Shown: positions 9,592 through 21,814 of the stretch, piece after piece | How the letters are laid out: every line of letters begins with the position of its first letter | Position numbering within the stretch: the stretch's first letter is position 1 | Source: Chiloscyllium plagiosum | Lineage: Eukaryota | NCBI RefSeq assembly: GCF_004010195.1 | Contig: NC_057751.1 | Location: 11,343,901-11,395,912 of the forward strand | Direction: 5' to 3' | Length of the DNA stretch: 52,012 nucleotides | The notes under the pieces: generated by a model | The model's input: only the letters and a program-made list of their open reading frames with translations | Told to the model about the DNA's origin: nothing | Database searches by the model: none | Translations under genes and position numbers: made by a program

Positions 9592-10220
9592 TGTGATGAT
9601 GCTCTTCCTTTAACAAGGTTAGCTTGTCCTTAGTTATTTTTTTAGAGGTGTTGTAAACACATAGATTTCCAAAATGTCTGGGTTTATCTGCTTGAAGAAG
9701 CTTTTAAGTTTTTAAACAATCACTTGGATAATGGAAGGGGAGGGGCCAGCTCTCCCATCTCAGCTTTCCTCTGGTTTGGTTTGGCTTTAGCCTTGGCATG
9801 AGTTCGGCTTTTTTGAGGCTGCTGGTCAAAGAAACAGGTACATGGAAGAAGGCGTTCCATACCGAATCTCTCTGTCATCTCTCTCTCTCCTGTAAGAACC
9901 TGTGTTTGATTTTACCTTTTGTGCAAAGGACTGTTTGTGGGGATTGTTGCGAGTATTTGGAACAGGGTCATTAAGTTGGGGTAGTCTGTTGAGTTTTTGG
10001 ATAGGTTAAATAGTTAAGTTATTCTATATTTGGATCTCTTTTGTTTGTGTTTCATTCAGTAATCTTGCAAATAAATTTGGTTTTGTTTAAAACTAAATGG
10101 TTGGACCAGCTGCATCACACCTGGAATATCCACTTTACAGCTACTTAAGACAACGAGTAAAGTTAGGGTCCGGGCTACGTTCTTGAAATGTTTTGAGGGG
10201 GTCTGGCCTGGTCCACAAAA
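9592..10220 (+). mobile_element. Solo-LTR-like sequence
   Basis: Starts TG, has AATAAA near 10070, 3' end ..ttagggtc..tgagggggtctggcctggtcca resembles 24307-24362 reversed; interrupts LINE sequence; no clear TSD. Confidence 0.55.
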
Positions 10221-10619
10221 AGAGGCTGCTTCTGACAATATCTTCCATCGCTTTGTTGATAACTCAGAGTGGACTAATGAGGCAGTAACTGGCCAGATTG
10301 GTTTGTCCTGCACTTTGTGGACAAGAGCCAGTGGATCGATTTCACTCTGTTGTTAATTCTGTCTCAGGCAAGTTCTGTGTTCTCCCATCATCTTCACACA
10401 AAGAGTAATCGTATTTTTCTTTCTGTCCCCACCCATGAACATTGAGGCAAGTAAAATGGCCAACAGACTCAGCACAGACTCGGGGTGAAAGCTGGGGCTA
10501 ATGTATCATTGATTTTGTACCACTTCACTGAACATAAGGATTAGTATCCATTGACCCAACTGGGAGGCACCCTCTCCTGAAATAGCATTCCTTTGTTGGC
10601 AAGAGGGAGAAGCTTTTTT

Positions 10620-10960
10620 GTTTGGAAGACATTGGCTCTTGAAGAAGTTACATTCAACATTTTGCCACATGATGCTTCTATCTGTTCTGATTTACTGTCT
10701 TCCTGGTAATCCATTAGTCCAATCAATTGTCCATATTCTGTCTTGTAGATTGTGATCTTGCCATATGGTACTCGAATGCACATCTTAACATTTACTACTA
10801 TTGATCTAATATCACGATCTAATATCATGAGCTGTTTTATCAGTAATCTAATCCATCCAGTCAGCAATCTAAACTCTCTGATGAATCAATTTGATTTGAC
10901 AAGAAGCAATCTTTTTCTAATGTATTTATTGACTGGCTGGAATTTGGATTTTGCGAGTTG
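10620..10960 (-). mobile_element. Ancient, highly diverged CR1-like RT fragment
   Basis: ..FIREFRLLTGWIRLL..ILDRD..IRVPYGKITIYKTEYG..LNVTSS aligns loosely to CR1 [28 protein letters not shown]. Confidence 0.5.
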
Positions 10961-11594
10961 GATCCGAGGGGTTCATTCAATAAAATGAGCTGAAATTGTG
11001 GTTCATGGAGATCAGGTGGACAGCCCTGAACCTGAAACCTGAAGGGTGGGAGCAGGCTAAGGCTTCTGGGTGATGTTCCCTATCTCCCTATCTGCAGGGT
11101 TTGGTTCATCTATCTTCTTCATACATCTTCACATTCACTCTTCCTCCCTTGGGGAACGGCCTGCAGGCTGGTTAGTCTGTCAAAGGGCATCATAGGCTCT
11201 CTTTCCATGGCCACAACGTTATGAAGACTACTAGAGCAGAGTCTCCAGCCCAGAGATAAGGACACTACTGCTAAGTGACAAGATCTCCATGGGTTTGTCC
11301 AGGAAGAGTGATGATAATGTGGAAGGTGGAAACTGTTTCCACTGAAGAGGAAATGTCTAGGACAAGGGAGGGGATATCACATCAAAATCAGAGCGACCAC
11401 ACACACACACAGTGGCAGATTGTGGAACCTGCTCCCAGAAAGAGCAGTAGGTACGACCTCAGGTAGTCATTCTTTTTTCCACGAGTTTACAAAAGAAAAC
11501 TAAAAAAACGACCCAAAAGTATAAACATTGATATACAGTTAAATCTTAAATAAATGATAACCAGAATCTATCAAACAAGAAAACAGAAATACCA

Positions 11595-11860
11595 AGAGAA
11601 AAAAAAAATCCAACGGCTAACACATAAATTGAGCAGTAATACATGCTCGGAATGTGTTAACATCAGATCACAACACAAACCCGTATTTATCCAAAACATC
11701 AGGCGCATAGAGCATATAAAATTCACAGAGAAAAAAAAAATCCAACGGCTAACACATAAATTGAGCAGTGATATACATGCTCGGAATGTGTTAACATCAG
11801 ATCACAACACAAACCCGTATTTATCCAAAACATCAGGCGCATAGAGCATATAAAATTCAC
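11595..11860. repeat. Tandem duplication of ~132 bp inside the HAL1-like 3' region
   Basis: 11595-11726 and 11727-11860 nearly identical (agtaatacatg vs agtgatatacatg). Confidence 0.95.
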
Positions 11861-12488
11861 AAAAATAAAAGCTCTTTAGTACATTCAGATCAATATAGTA
11901 AAAAAGCTATTTCTAAATAGTAAAAAAAGTATAAAACATATTTAAATAGAGATCTTCCCCCTTATTCCCAGGGGGCATCACTTCCTTTCCAAAAAACCCT
12001 TCATAACCTCTCCCAACCAGTGCCCCACCCTTGACCCAGGCACCCCACGATAGGATAAAGAAAATTCAAGTACACTACTGAACTAGAACTAACAGTGAGT
12101 ACTCTATTCCCCCACCCACACCAATACTTGGATATATTTGGTAATGTTAATACCATGTATGAACATATATGACTGTAAAATTACAGTCTCAGCAAATAAT
12201 AATTAAATATATTAATACAAAATAACAGGGGAAACAACCCTGCTCCCAAGGACAAAGATAAAATAAGACAAGGTAGCCACCTTCCCCCCAACTACATTAA
12301 CTAGACCTCCTGGCCTATATATATATATATATTATATATATTAAAAAAAAGTGGGGGGAAGGAAATTGCTAAGTAAAGGATGACTAAATAAACCCTTCTT
12401 CCCACCCCCCGGAGATAATATTAAACAGTAAGATAACGAAAGGAGAAAAAAGGGGGGTAAACCGGGGTGGGGATAGGGCAAAACAACA

Positions 12489-13230
12489 TCAATTAACTCT
12501 TATAATTTGTCTAAGAGAGTCCAAAAGTTCCTTGGCCTTGTCCGGTGATCCGAAGTTATACACGGACCCTTCATGGCTGAAGCGTAGTATAGCTGGGTAG
12601 CACAAGGAGTATTGAATGTTTAAATCCCTTAAACACTCCTTTGCTTCATCAACCGCCTTCCTCTTTCGAACCAAAGCTGGGGAAAAGTCCTGAAATAACA
12701 TAATCTTGGATCCTTTATGAGTCATGGCTTGTGGATCTTTTCCAAGATTTCTGGAGGCTTCCAAGAGCATCTGCCTCACCTTATAGCTCTGCAGCCGGAA
12801 CAGGACCGGGAGGGGGGCGCTGGTTCGAGCGTATTGCAACCCGGTAGGCCCATTCTACCCTTACCTGGCCTGATCCAGCCTTCAGATTCAATAACCACAG
12901 AAGCCACTGTTCAAGGAATCTTGTCAGCTGGCCTTCTTCTTCCTGTTCGGGAAGGTCCAGCAAATGAATATTTTTTTCGACGACCTGGCATTCAATTTCT
13001 TCGATGTCTCGGCCGTGCTTTTGTCACGCGGCTGAGAGTGAATTCCACCGACTTCAGGACTCTTCTATGAAAGCATCGATCTTCACGTCGAATTTGAAGA
13101 TTATTTCCGCGAGACTCGCCACCGTAGGCAAATCCCCTGGGGGGGCTGCGGACGCCTCTGCTGCAGCTGGGGAGGGTCGGGGGGAGGCTCCTGCCTGCTG
13201 AGAGCTGCGGGCTCCTTTCCCCCTAGTCAT
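12489..13230 (-). pseudogene. Disrupted L1 ORF1p (Transposase_22-like RRM + CTD)
   Basis: ATG at 13230 (MTRGKGARSSQQAG..); later ..LPEQEEEGQLTRFLEQWL..VEWAYRV..PVLFRLQSYKVRQ..IMLFQDFSPALVRKRK..YSLCYPAILR; internal stop and frameshifts. Confidence 0.8.
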
Positions 13231-14124
13231 TTTTACAGGAGACTGAACTGTATAAATTTAGTACTAAACCACTAATTACATTAAATAAAAACCATTTTTA
13301 GTTGATTTTGTGAGTGTGGTGGGGGAGGGTGGTCCACTTTGCCTAGGTCTAGGGAGAAGCACTATAGACTCAGACTTGCTGAGTCGCCGCCATCTTGGAT
13401 CTCCCCAGGTAGTCATTTTAAAGTTGAGATCCGGAGACTTTAGCTGGACAAGATTGGAAAAGGTTCTGGAGCCTTGGAGCAGTTGGATTGAGTTGTAACA
13501 TCAGTGAAGGGTGAGGCAGAGCTGAGGGGCTGAACAACCCCCGTTCCATTGCTGTGTTGCTAAGTCAGCGAAGGCCTCCTGGCATGTTTGGAATCTGGTT
13601 CTGTGACATTTATAGGGCTAATTGAGAGTACAAACCCACATGGACAAGAGGATAAAACGGATGGCTCCAGACCAAGGGACAAAGCGCTCTATATCTGTGC
13701 TGCAGTTTCCATCATAGTCAATGTTAGTGGTTTGTGGACAAAATAGAAAGTGACTTGTCGAACAAATTGAAATAGCAGATTATATGTTTCGGGCCAATCA
13801 ACGGTTTTGATAAACCTGGCAATTTGCTCTGATTGATAGTCAGAATTCAGCCTGACCTCAAAGAATGGATGCAGGGGACAATTGAAAGACTTGATTTGAT
13901 GTCCTCTTCTCTGTGAGAAGTTTGACCTTTCCACCACTGTGAGAAAATTCAAATGCTATGCTGATGTCAGCTCTGAAAGTGGCATGACATTTCGTGACCA
14001 TCTGTGATCCATGCCTCGGTGTGTCATGTCATGTCATGTTATCCCACCTTTTCCATTTTCAGAGCTGAAACTGTGGAGGGGAATTTCCAGGTTTCTGCTT
14101 AACACAGTGCAAACTGGGCTAAAG

Positions 14125-14355
14125 TAAAAACATTAAGTGCTGGAGACACTCAGCAGGTCTGGCAGGACTTGTGGAGAGAGAGAGAAACTGAGTTCATGTT
14201 CCAAGTTGAACATGACTCCTTTTCAGAACTAAATCACATTGGGACTCAAAACAATAGTATATTTTTCCTCTCCATAAACTCCATAGGCTTGCTGAGCATC
14301 TCCACCACTGTCTGCCTTTACTTCCAATCTCCAGCATCTGCAGTGTTTTGGTTCT
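14125..14355. mobile_element. Degenerate inverted pair of Penelope-like pLTR ends
   Basis: gtgctggagacactcagcaggtctggc.. followed by its inverse ..gcttgctgagcatctccaccac..ctccagcatctgcag. Confidence 0.6.
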
Positions 14356-14649
14356 ACTTTGCTGCTGTTCTTCCATTGACTTCTCAACTTTGCCCGACAA
14401 ATAAATGCACACCCTCTGGATAGTTTAATTTCCTCTCTGAAACGGTTCTCATTTTTCAGCATGTATGATTGATGATGTAAACCTCTTTGGGACTAAATTG
14501 CATGAATCGCAGATTAGCTTAATTGAAGACTCATGATTTTAAATAAAAAGTACTTTGAGAACAGATGTCCGGTCAGTGCAAAATATAGATTGGACTTCTT
14601 GAAGGATGATGCAAGCAAAAATGAAAACCTCCACCAGATATGGCAGAAT

Positions 14650-14925
14650 AATAGAACCCCTACAGTGTGGAGGCAGGTCCATTTGGCCTATCGAGTCCAC
14701 ACCACCCTCTAAAGAGAATCCTGACCTGATCCACACGCCTACCTTATCCCTGCTTCTCCCATGGCCAATCCACCTAACCTGCACGTCTTTGGACTGTGGG
14801 AGGAAACCCACACAGACCAAGACTGAGGGAGATCATGCAAACTCCATACAGGCAGTCGCTCAAGGGTGGAATCAAACCCAAGTTCCTCATGCTGTGAGAC
14901 AGCAGGGCTAACCACTGTGCCAGCC
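14650..14925 (-). mobile_element. HE1-like V-SINE
   Basis: Reverse-complement head (gcacagtggttagccctgctgtctcacagc), V-domain ggactgtgggaggaaacc, CR1-type tail. Confidence 0.8.
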
Positions 14926-14929
14926 CCTA

Positions 14930-15190
14930 AGTCAGTGTGGAAGCAGGCTTTTCAGCCCATCAGTCTGCACTGTCCACCTGACCTAGCCCCTGATCCTAAT
15001 TCTGTAACACCACATTTAGCCTGGCCAATCCACCTAACCTGCAGATCTCTGGAGTGTGGAAAGAAGCTGGAGGAAACCCAGGCAGACACGGGGAGAATGT
15101 GCAAACTCCATGCAGACAGTCATCTGAGGGTGGAATTGAATGCAGGTCCCTGGCACTGTGAGACAGCAGTGTTAACCACTAAGCCACTGT
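14930..15190 (-). mobile_element. HE1-like V-SINE, second copy in tandem
   Basis: gggagaatgtgcaaactcc, ggtccctggcactgtgagacagcagtgttaaccactaagccactgtg. Confidence 0.8.
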
Positions 15191-15799
15191 GTCAGTCCCA
15201 GTAGACACAGTATTTTGCTTGTTTTGAGTTATTACCACACTGGCTTGAGACATCCTCCACATTAAAGTCCAACCACTTGAATGAATGCTGTTTTCTATAT
15301 TTTGTATACTAGAAAGAAAGGTTGTATTTATAGTGTCTTTCATGATCATGGCCTGTCTCAAAATGTTTTGTTACCAATCACTTTGAAGTGTTGTTATGGC
15401 TGTAATATCAGAAATGGTTGTGTGAATTTGTGCACAGGAAGGTCTCAGCAGTTCTAGATTTTTGCACAAGGGTTGATATCATGTCAAGTAAAACAGAGCC
15501 ATAGATGCTGGTGATCTGAAACAAAGGCACAAAGTGCTGGAGAAATTCCACAGGTCTGGCAGCATCCATGGGTAGGATGTCCACAGTGAGCCACAGAAGG
15601 AGAGACGCCCAGCCTCCGTTCACTGAGACCCAGGTTTCGGGTCACGCCACAGCTTTGGGCTCAGTTTCTCAGTGGCAGTTTGATCACAGTGTTCCCTGAG
15701 CCAGCAGCAGGCAGACCCACAGAGATCACGGTGCTCGTTGCTGATGCTTCATCTGACCGAAGAGCCGAAGGACAGTGAGTTAATTCACAGGGAGACAGG

Positions 15800-16432
15800 C
15801 CAGTGAAGAAGGCACTTGGCTCTTTGAGTACAGGAGTTGGGAGGTCATGTTACAGCTGTACAGGACATTGGTTAGGTCACTGTTGGAATATTGCGTGCAA
15901 TTCTGGTCTCCTTCCAATTGGAAGGATGTTGTGAAACTTGAAAGGGTTCAGAAAAGATTTACAAGGATGCTGCCAGGGTTGGAGGATTTGAGCTACAGGG
16001 AGAGGCTGAACAGGCTGGGTCTGTTTTCCCTGGAGCGTCAGAGGCTGAGGGGTGACATAATAGACATTTATAAAATCATAAGGGGCATGGATAGGGTAAA
16101 TAGTCAGGGTCTTTCCTCTGGGGCGGGGGAGTCCAAAACTAGAGGGCATAGGTTTAAGGTGAGAGGGGAAAGATATAAAAGAGACCTGAGGGGCAGCTGT
16201 TTCATACAGAGGGTGGTGCGTGTATGGAATGAGCTGCCAGAGGAAGTGGTGGAGGCTGGTACAATTGCAACAGTTAAAAGGCATCTGGATATGTATATGA
16301 ATAGTGAGGGTTTGCAGCGATATGGGCCTGGTGCTGGCAGGTGGGACTAGATCAGATTGGCATGTTTGGTCGATGTGAATGAGTTGGACTGAAAGGTCTG
16401 TTTCCGTGCTGTATAACTGTACGATTCTATGA
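15800..16432 (+). mobile_element. CR1 LINE 3' fragment
   Basis: ORF 15847..16350 LYRTLVRSLLEYCVQFWSP..LERVQKRFTRMLPGL..LRGD..TRGHRFK..WNELPEEVVEA, then tail ending ..attctatgac. Confidence 0.95.
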
Positions 16433-16442
16433 CCTTTGGGGT

Positions 16443-16484
16443 TGAAGGGGACCTTCCCGACACTGAAGGGGACCTTCCCGACAC
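16443..16484. repeat. Perfect 21-bp tandem duplication TGAAGGGGACCTTCCCGACAC x2
   Basis: Direct reading. Confidence 0.95.
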
Positions 16485-19164
16485 TGAGACAATGTTCAGG
16501 TCAGAGCTGAAGGAAAGTTGGGAATTTGGGGTGATGCACATATCTGAGGCTCTCTCCTTGGGCCAACGTTGTGCTCAATCTCCAGAAGGACCAGATTGAG
16601 AATGTGCCTGTGTGTCACAGGACATTTTCTGGAATATTCAGAACACACAAGAAAAATAGTTGGGCCAAGTGTTTGCCATGTGGTCACAATACTCCAACCA
16701 TTTTGACAATATGTCTGGGTTATATTTTTGGCACATACTTCCTGTCAACTTTCTGATATCAGTTTCTTTGTCCATGTTAACATGTCACACTGGAATGATG
16801 GAGGAGAGGATTGAAATATGACTTACTCCCCTGCCTGAATGATCTGCCAGGCTGTAATGCCACTCATACCTGAAGGTTACCCTTGGTGGTGACTGCTCTA
16901 CCATCACTTTGGCTTTTCTTCCACGTGTGAAGTGTGCGTGAGTGAATTGGGGAAGAGGTGTAAAAAGGGCTGTCGATTCACTGTCATGCATTCAACACCC
17001 AGACACAGTCAAGATGAACCTTGGTCATTGGCATCAGACAGACTGGCACGCTGGAGGTGTCTCAGCTGGGATGACAACCCAAGCTGCGTGTGGTCTTCAT
17101 GAACATGTGGCTCTGCTCCCTGAGAAGAGGTTGCAGTCACCCTAAAGCAGCAAGGTGTGGTATTCCCTGTGAAATCTCCCAGGCTTCACTCTGGTGCCAG
17201 CGAAATCAACTTTTCCAAAAAGGGGCGGCGGGTGTGGATGTGAACAAAGTATGATGAGAGGTCACTGACAGTTGATGAGACACGGAAGGGGGCTAACAAT
17301 ACAGAGAGAAAGAGAGAGAGAGGGAGCAAGATCAGATAACAGCAGTGGCATTGAGGGAAAGAGACTCCAGGGAATCTAAGCTCCCTGCCCCTTACATTGT
17401 GCCATTTGGAGGTAAACTCACCTTCCCAAGTTCAGAGATAGGGAGAGGAGCATCATTAAGACTGTGGTCTACTGGTGGGCGGGGGGAGCAGGAGTTATTA
17501 TCTCAGTTATCTGGATTGTACAGATACATGCAGGCAGCAGGGATGGAATGAGAATGCTTTCCATCACCAGCAGTATGTTCAAAGCAAACCAATGAGCCTT
17601 TTCCACAAGTGACAAAAATTACCTCTGATGTTTGGGAAATTTCCACAGAAACCAAAGTGAACTTTGGAAACCACACTGACAGGATGTTTAAAAAAAAAGC
17701 CCCTGCAATTCAAAACTAGGTTTGTTATTGTCCTATTTCCAGTGAAGTGTCACCCCGTGCCCCTTGTTAACTCTATCCTGGGGTTACAAGTTTAGGTAGC
17801 AGGCATGCAAGCAGGGAGAATGTTAGAATCAAACTCTATCCTGATGCAAAACTGTGCAAACAGGCTGAATCTCACAGTGTGGCTGGAGGCCATGCATCCC
17901 ATTAGTGCTGTGCTGATGCTTTCAAAGAGCTATCTGCTTAGCTCCGGTCCAGAACATTACTGATCGATGACAAATTGATGCACAGCAGTGCACTTGGGTG
18001 GACAAAATGGGGAGAACAATAAACACAAGCTGAGCTGTAGATGTAGTGAGAGGAGAGAGCGAGGGGTTTGCAATCACAAATCTTTGCTGCCTCCTGCTCT
18101 TTCTCCACAGCTTTGCAAATCTTTTCCCTTCTGAGTATTTCTGGAACCACACCATAATACAATGACAACTTCAGTCAAGGCTGTTCAGCCCATTCAGCAC
18201 AGCAATGGAGGTGAGTGTCACTTTCAACATTGCAAGTCGCTGCTGAATCTATTTCAGGCAGTGCTTTTCAGATTCAAACAACTCACTGTGTTAACAAAAT
18301 GTTCACTTCGCCACAGGGGCTTTGCTGATTATGTTAACTTTATATTCTCTGGTCTGCAGCCAGTGGAAACAGTTGAAAAGACTTACTAAACCTGCCCTCA
18401 GCTTCTCCCAACAGAGCCAAGGATGCTACATATCTTTCAAATAGCCTTCTCTCCATACCCTGCCACCAGCAGTGATTTCTGTTTGTTGTCTCTGCTTCTC
18501 CTCATTACTTCCATCAAAGTGCATCATCTCACGTTCCTCTCTCATATCATCTTCAATCAGTGGCAATGAGGTGGCCTGGAGCAAGGCGATATCAGGCAGG
18601 GTGACTGATGCTGACTGCAGTCCCGTGTTACTTGATGGTGGTGTGTGAACCTTAAGCTCAGGGCCAAGTCAGAATAGGGTTTGGCAGTGTCCTTGTGCTT
18701 GTGAGGTGACCTCGCTGTGAGATTTTTGCATTGGTTTCAGATCTCCCCACAGCCTCATTGTCCTTCCCTATCTGTGTAAACAGCTCCAATGTTCCAACAC
18801 CCTCTGATATTTGCATCATCCCTGATTGTAATCATTGTGCCATTGATAACTTGGCCTTCTGCTACCAAAGCCTGAAGCTCTAACATTTCCTCTTTAACAC
18901 TCTCCACCTTGCAAAGCCTCTTCCACAGAGACACTCCTTAAAACCTAAGGTTTCAGACATCCATTTCCTCTTACATTGCTGGGTATGAACATTTGTTCAA
19001 GAGCACTTCAGTAATGGGCATGTTCAAGGTGCTATGTAAATACAGGACATTGCTGTCTTGTATTCGCAGCTAATCAATGCCACTTCCCCACACACTCTCC
19101 CTGTCCGTTGATGTGGGTGATTACCAGAACTCTCTTGCATTCTGGCTGAAACCTGTTCAATGGT

Positions 19165-19730
19165 TATACTTCACATCTCTGGGACACCTGCACCAACCAA
19201 CTCCACTGCCCTGTGGCCAAAGACTTCAACTCCCCCTCCCACTCTGCCAAGGACATGCAGGTCCTGGGCCTCCTCCATCGCCACTCCCTTCCCACCCGAC
19301 GCCTGGAGGAAGAACGCCTCATCTTCCGCCTCAGGACCCTCCGACCCCATGGCATCAATGTGGATTTCACCAGTTTTCTCATTTCCCCTCCCCCCACCTT
19401 ATCTCAGATCCACCCCTCCAACTCGGCACTGCCCTCTTGAACTGTCCTACCTGTCCATCTTCCTTCCCACCAATCTGCTTCACCTTCCTCTCTGACATAT
19501 CACCATCACCCCTATATCCATTTACCTATTGCATTCTCAGCTACCTTCCCCCCAGTCCCACACCTCCTCCCATTTATCTCTCCACCCCCAAGGCTCACAG
19601 CCTCATTTGTGATGAAGGGCTTATGCCCAAAATGCCAACTCTCCCGCTCCTCGGATGCTGCCTGACCCATTGTGCTTTTTCGGCACCACACTCTCAACTC
19701 TAATCTCCAGCATCTTTGGTCCTCACTTTT
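19165..19730 (+). mobile_element. Penelope-like element 3' part: GIY-YIG C-terminus and pLTR with decayed hammerhead
   Basis: ORF 19213..19440 FNSPSHS.KDMQVLGL..RRLEEERLIFRLRTLRPHGINVDF; gtgatgaagggcttatgcccaaaatg has mutated core. Confidence 0.9.
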
Positions 19731-20039
19731 ATATAGTTGGTTGTACTCCCACAGTCCACTGGGTTACAGAATTCCAAAGGTTCAGCACCTACTGAAATTC
19801 CTCCTCACCTCAGTCTTACACAGTTGTTGAGCTTCTTAAGTCACCCACCAGGGAAAAGGCCCTATCCATATCTGTCATGTCCTCTGAGAATTCTGTCCAC
19901 TTCATTGTTAGTAAGAATTGTGAACATTCACAAATGTTGAAATGAAGAATGGCTCCTTTTGGATTGTCCTGATGGGTGGTCTGTGCCAAGGTTCTGTACT
20001 CCAGCAAGAAATCAATGCATTTGAATGGCCGACACATCC

Positions 20040-20372
20040 AGGACAGTGCTGACAGAAAGTGACACAGCCAAAGGCACTGACTTTCCGAAGAGCCAACGTT
20101 CTCACTGCCCTCTCAGATGATGTAAAATCTCCCTTGGAACCACGAGAGGCTCAACAGAGAAATGAACTCTGGTCTCTTGATCAATATTTACAGTACTCCC
20201 ATGACGGCTAAAAATGAGTCTGTCTGCTCATTCTGATGCTGCTGTTTGTGGGATCTTGCTGTGCTGCATCTCCTACATGGCAAGAGTATCTACCCCTCAA
20301 ATGTACGGGGTCGGCTGAAAAGCCCTTTCCAGCTTCCTGAGTTGGGAAAGGTGCTTTGTCAGTGCAAATCTG
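20040..20372 (+). mobile_element. Deu-domain SINE (SacSINE1/AmnSINE1-like), old
   Basis: ctgccctctcagatgatgtaaaatc..gctgtttgtgggatcttgctgtgc..gaaaggtgctttgtcagtgcaaatc. Confidence 0.6.
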
Positions 20373-21814
20373 CCTTGTGAATGTGGAGGGAGGTGAGGGA
20401 AGTAGGAGATGGATTGCTGGTGGTATGGAGATAGTCTGACCATCCATCAGGAACTCCAGGACTCATGGTATTTCAGTGCTCAGAGATGAATTACTGATAA
20501 CGGGTAAGAGACAGTGAAATCCAGACTTTGTTCTCTTCCAACTGTCCAGATACACCTCTGAGAAAGTATGGTCAGAATTGTAGATCCTGGTTTTAGTGAT
20601 GGTTACGAAGGAAGCTTAAAGGCAATGAATTTTTCACTGTCACTTTATACTTTTCAACTCAATTCGACCGCATGTGTTCACTCAATATGAGTACGGGTGT
20701 GGCAATTTTCTGCCAAACAAGCTGTCTGTATTGACCTGTGTCTGTCAAAGACAGTCATTAATTGCCAAGTATTAAACATCCATGATGGATTAATAAGCCG
20801 TGAACAGGAAATGCAACTTGGTACATTATTATAAGGGCTGGCCTTGCAGATTAAAATCAGGCTCTTCCTGTGTTACAGAGAGGCCACTTCCATGAATTTC
20901 GCTGCTTTGACAAGATCTCACAGAGAAATAAATCCACAACATAAAGCTTCCTCCTGCTGCTTCAAACTTGCTTCTCCTACAGACTTTTAAAAAAACACTT
21001 TCCTGTGGAGTTTATACAAGTCACATTCTGCCAAGTTTCTCCTCAGTTCCCCTTCCTCCCCCCACCCATGGATAAGATGATCAAGGATGCTGATCTCCAG
21101 CGTTTGATATGATACATATTGACAGCCCATATCCTCAGTATAAAATCTCTACAGAGCTGCAATGCAATTCCACTTTCTTCCTGTGTACTTTCAATCATTT
21201 TGTTTTGTACTCAATCAAATCAATAATGTAAAATCTATTGTCTCAAGCATTTGAGATGGAACGCGTGTGCAGTGGGCTGAGGCTTTACTGTGTGTTCATT
21301 CTGCGTTCCGTGCCCCCGGGTAGTGTGCTAAAGCTTGTTTTCCTTTCTTCTCTAAACCATGTGAGGGTGCTGTGCCCTCCCCACCTGTCAGAAGGAAAGG
21401 AGTTACACCCATGAGGCTAATGAGTGTAGTGTCCCTGGGTTGCCAGGCTGGTTTGGGCTACCCATCTGGGACCTTGTTCTTTAAGGGACACTGCTTTTGT
21501 TCTAGCTCCCAGTTGCTGTGGTTGTCTTATCAAACAAAAAAATGGAATTAATTAATGCTTTCAAAGTCATCTTGATAGATGCTCAGAACAGCGTTGTACC
21601 TATTGTCTTTGGCGACATCATTGCTGTTGTTGGAGAGTTCCTATTTTAAAGCTTTTTAACAAAGGTGAGAACAAGTATTGTCAAGAGCATGTCATGCACC
21701 TTGGATGCTCTGATCAGCCATGTCCTTACTTTGCCCTGTCTGAGCAATCGAGTGCCCCTCACTGATCTCTCCTGTGGTCAGACCAGTGCCTGTCAAAATG
21801 ACAGGTATTTTCAG

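Larger units (their letters stand above)
11472..13405 (-). mobile_element. ORF1-only L1-derived element (HAL1-like), TSD-bounded
   Basis: CAGGTAGTCATT at 11460-11471 and 13406-13417; 5' end gggagatccAAGATGGCGGcg (YY1-type); L1 ORF1p motifs; A-rich 3' end; no ORF2 remnant seen. Confidence 0.8.

Noticed and set aside
10541..10867. 108-aa ORF as a host exon
   Set aside because: Better explained as an ancient CR1 RT remnant.
13689..13952. 87-aa minus-strand ORF and an overlapping plus-strand IQPDLKEWMQGTIERLDLM frame as host exons
   Set aside because: No recognisable homology, weak splice signals, and protein-like readings on both strands suggest chance.
15690..15774. Candidate + strand exon (FPEPAAGRPTEITVLVADASSDRRAEG) ending at GTGAGT
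   Set aside because: Weak acceptor, no recognisable homology and no partner exons identified.
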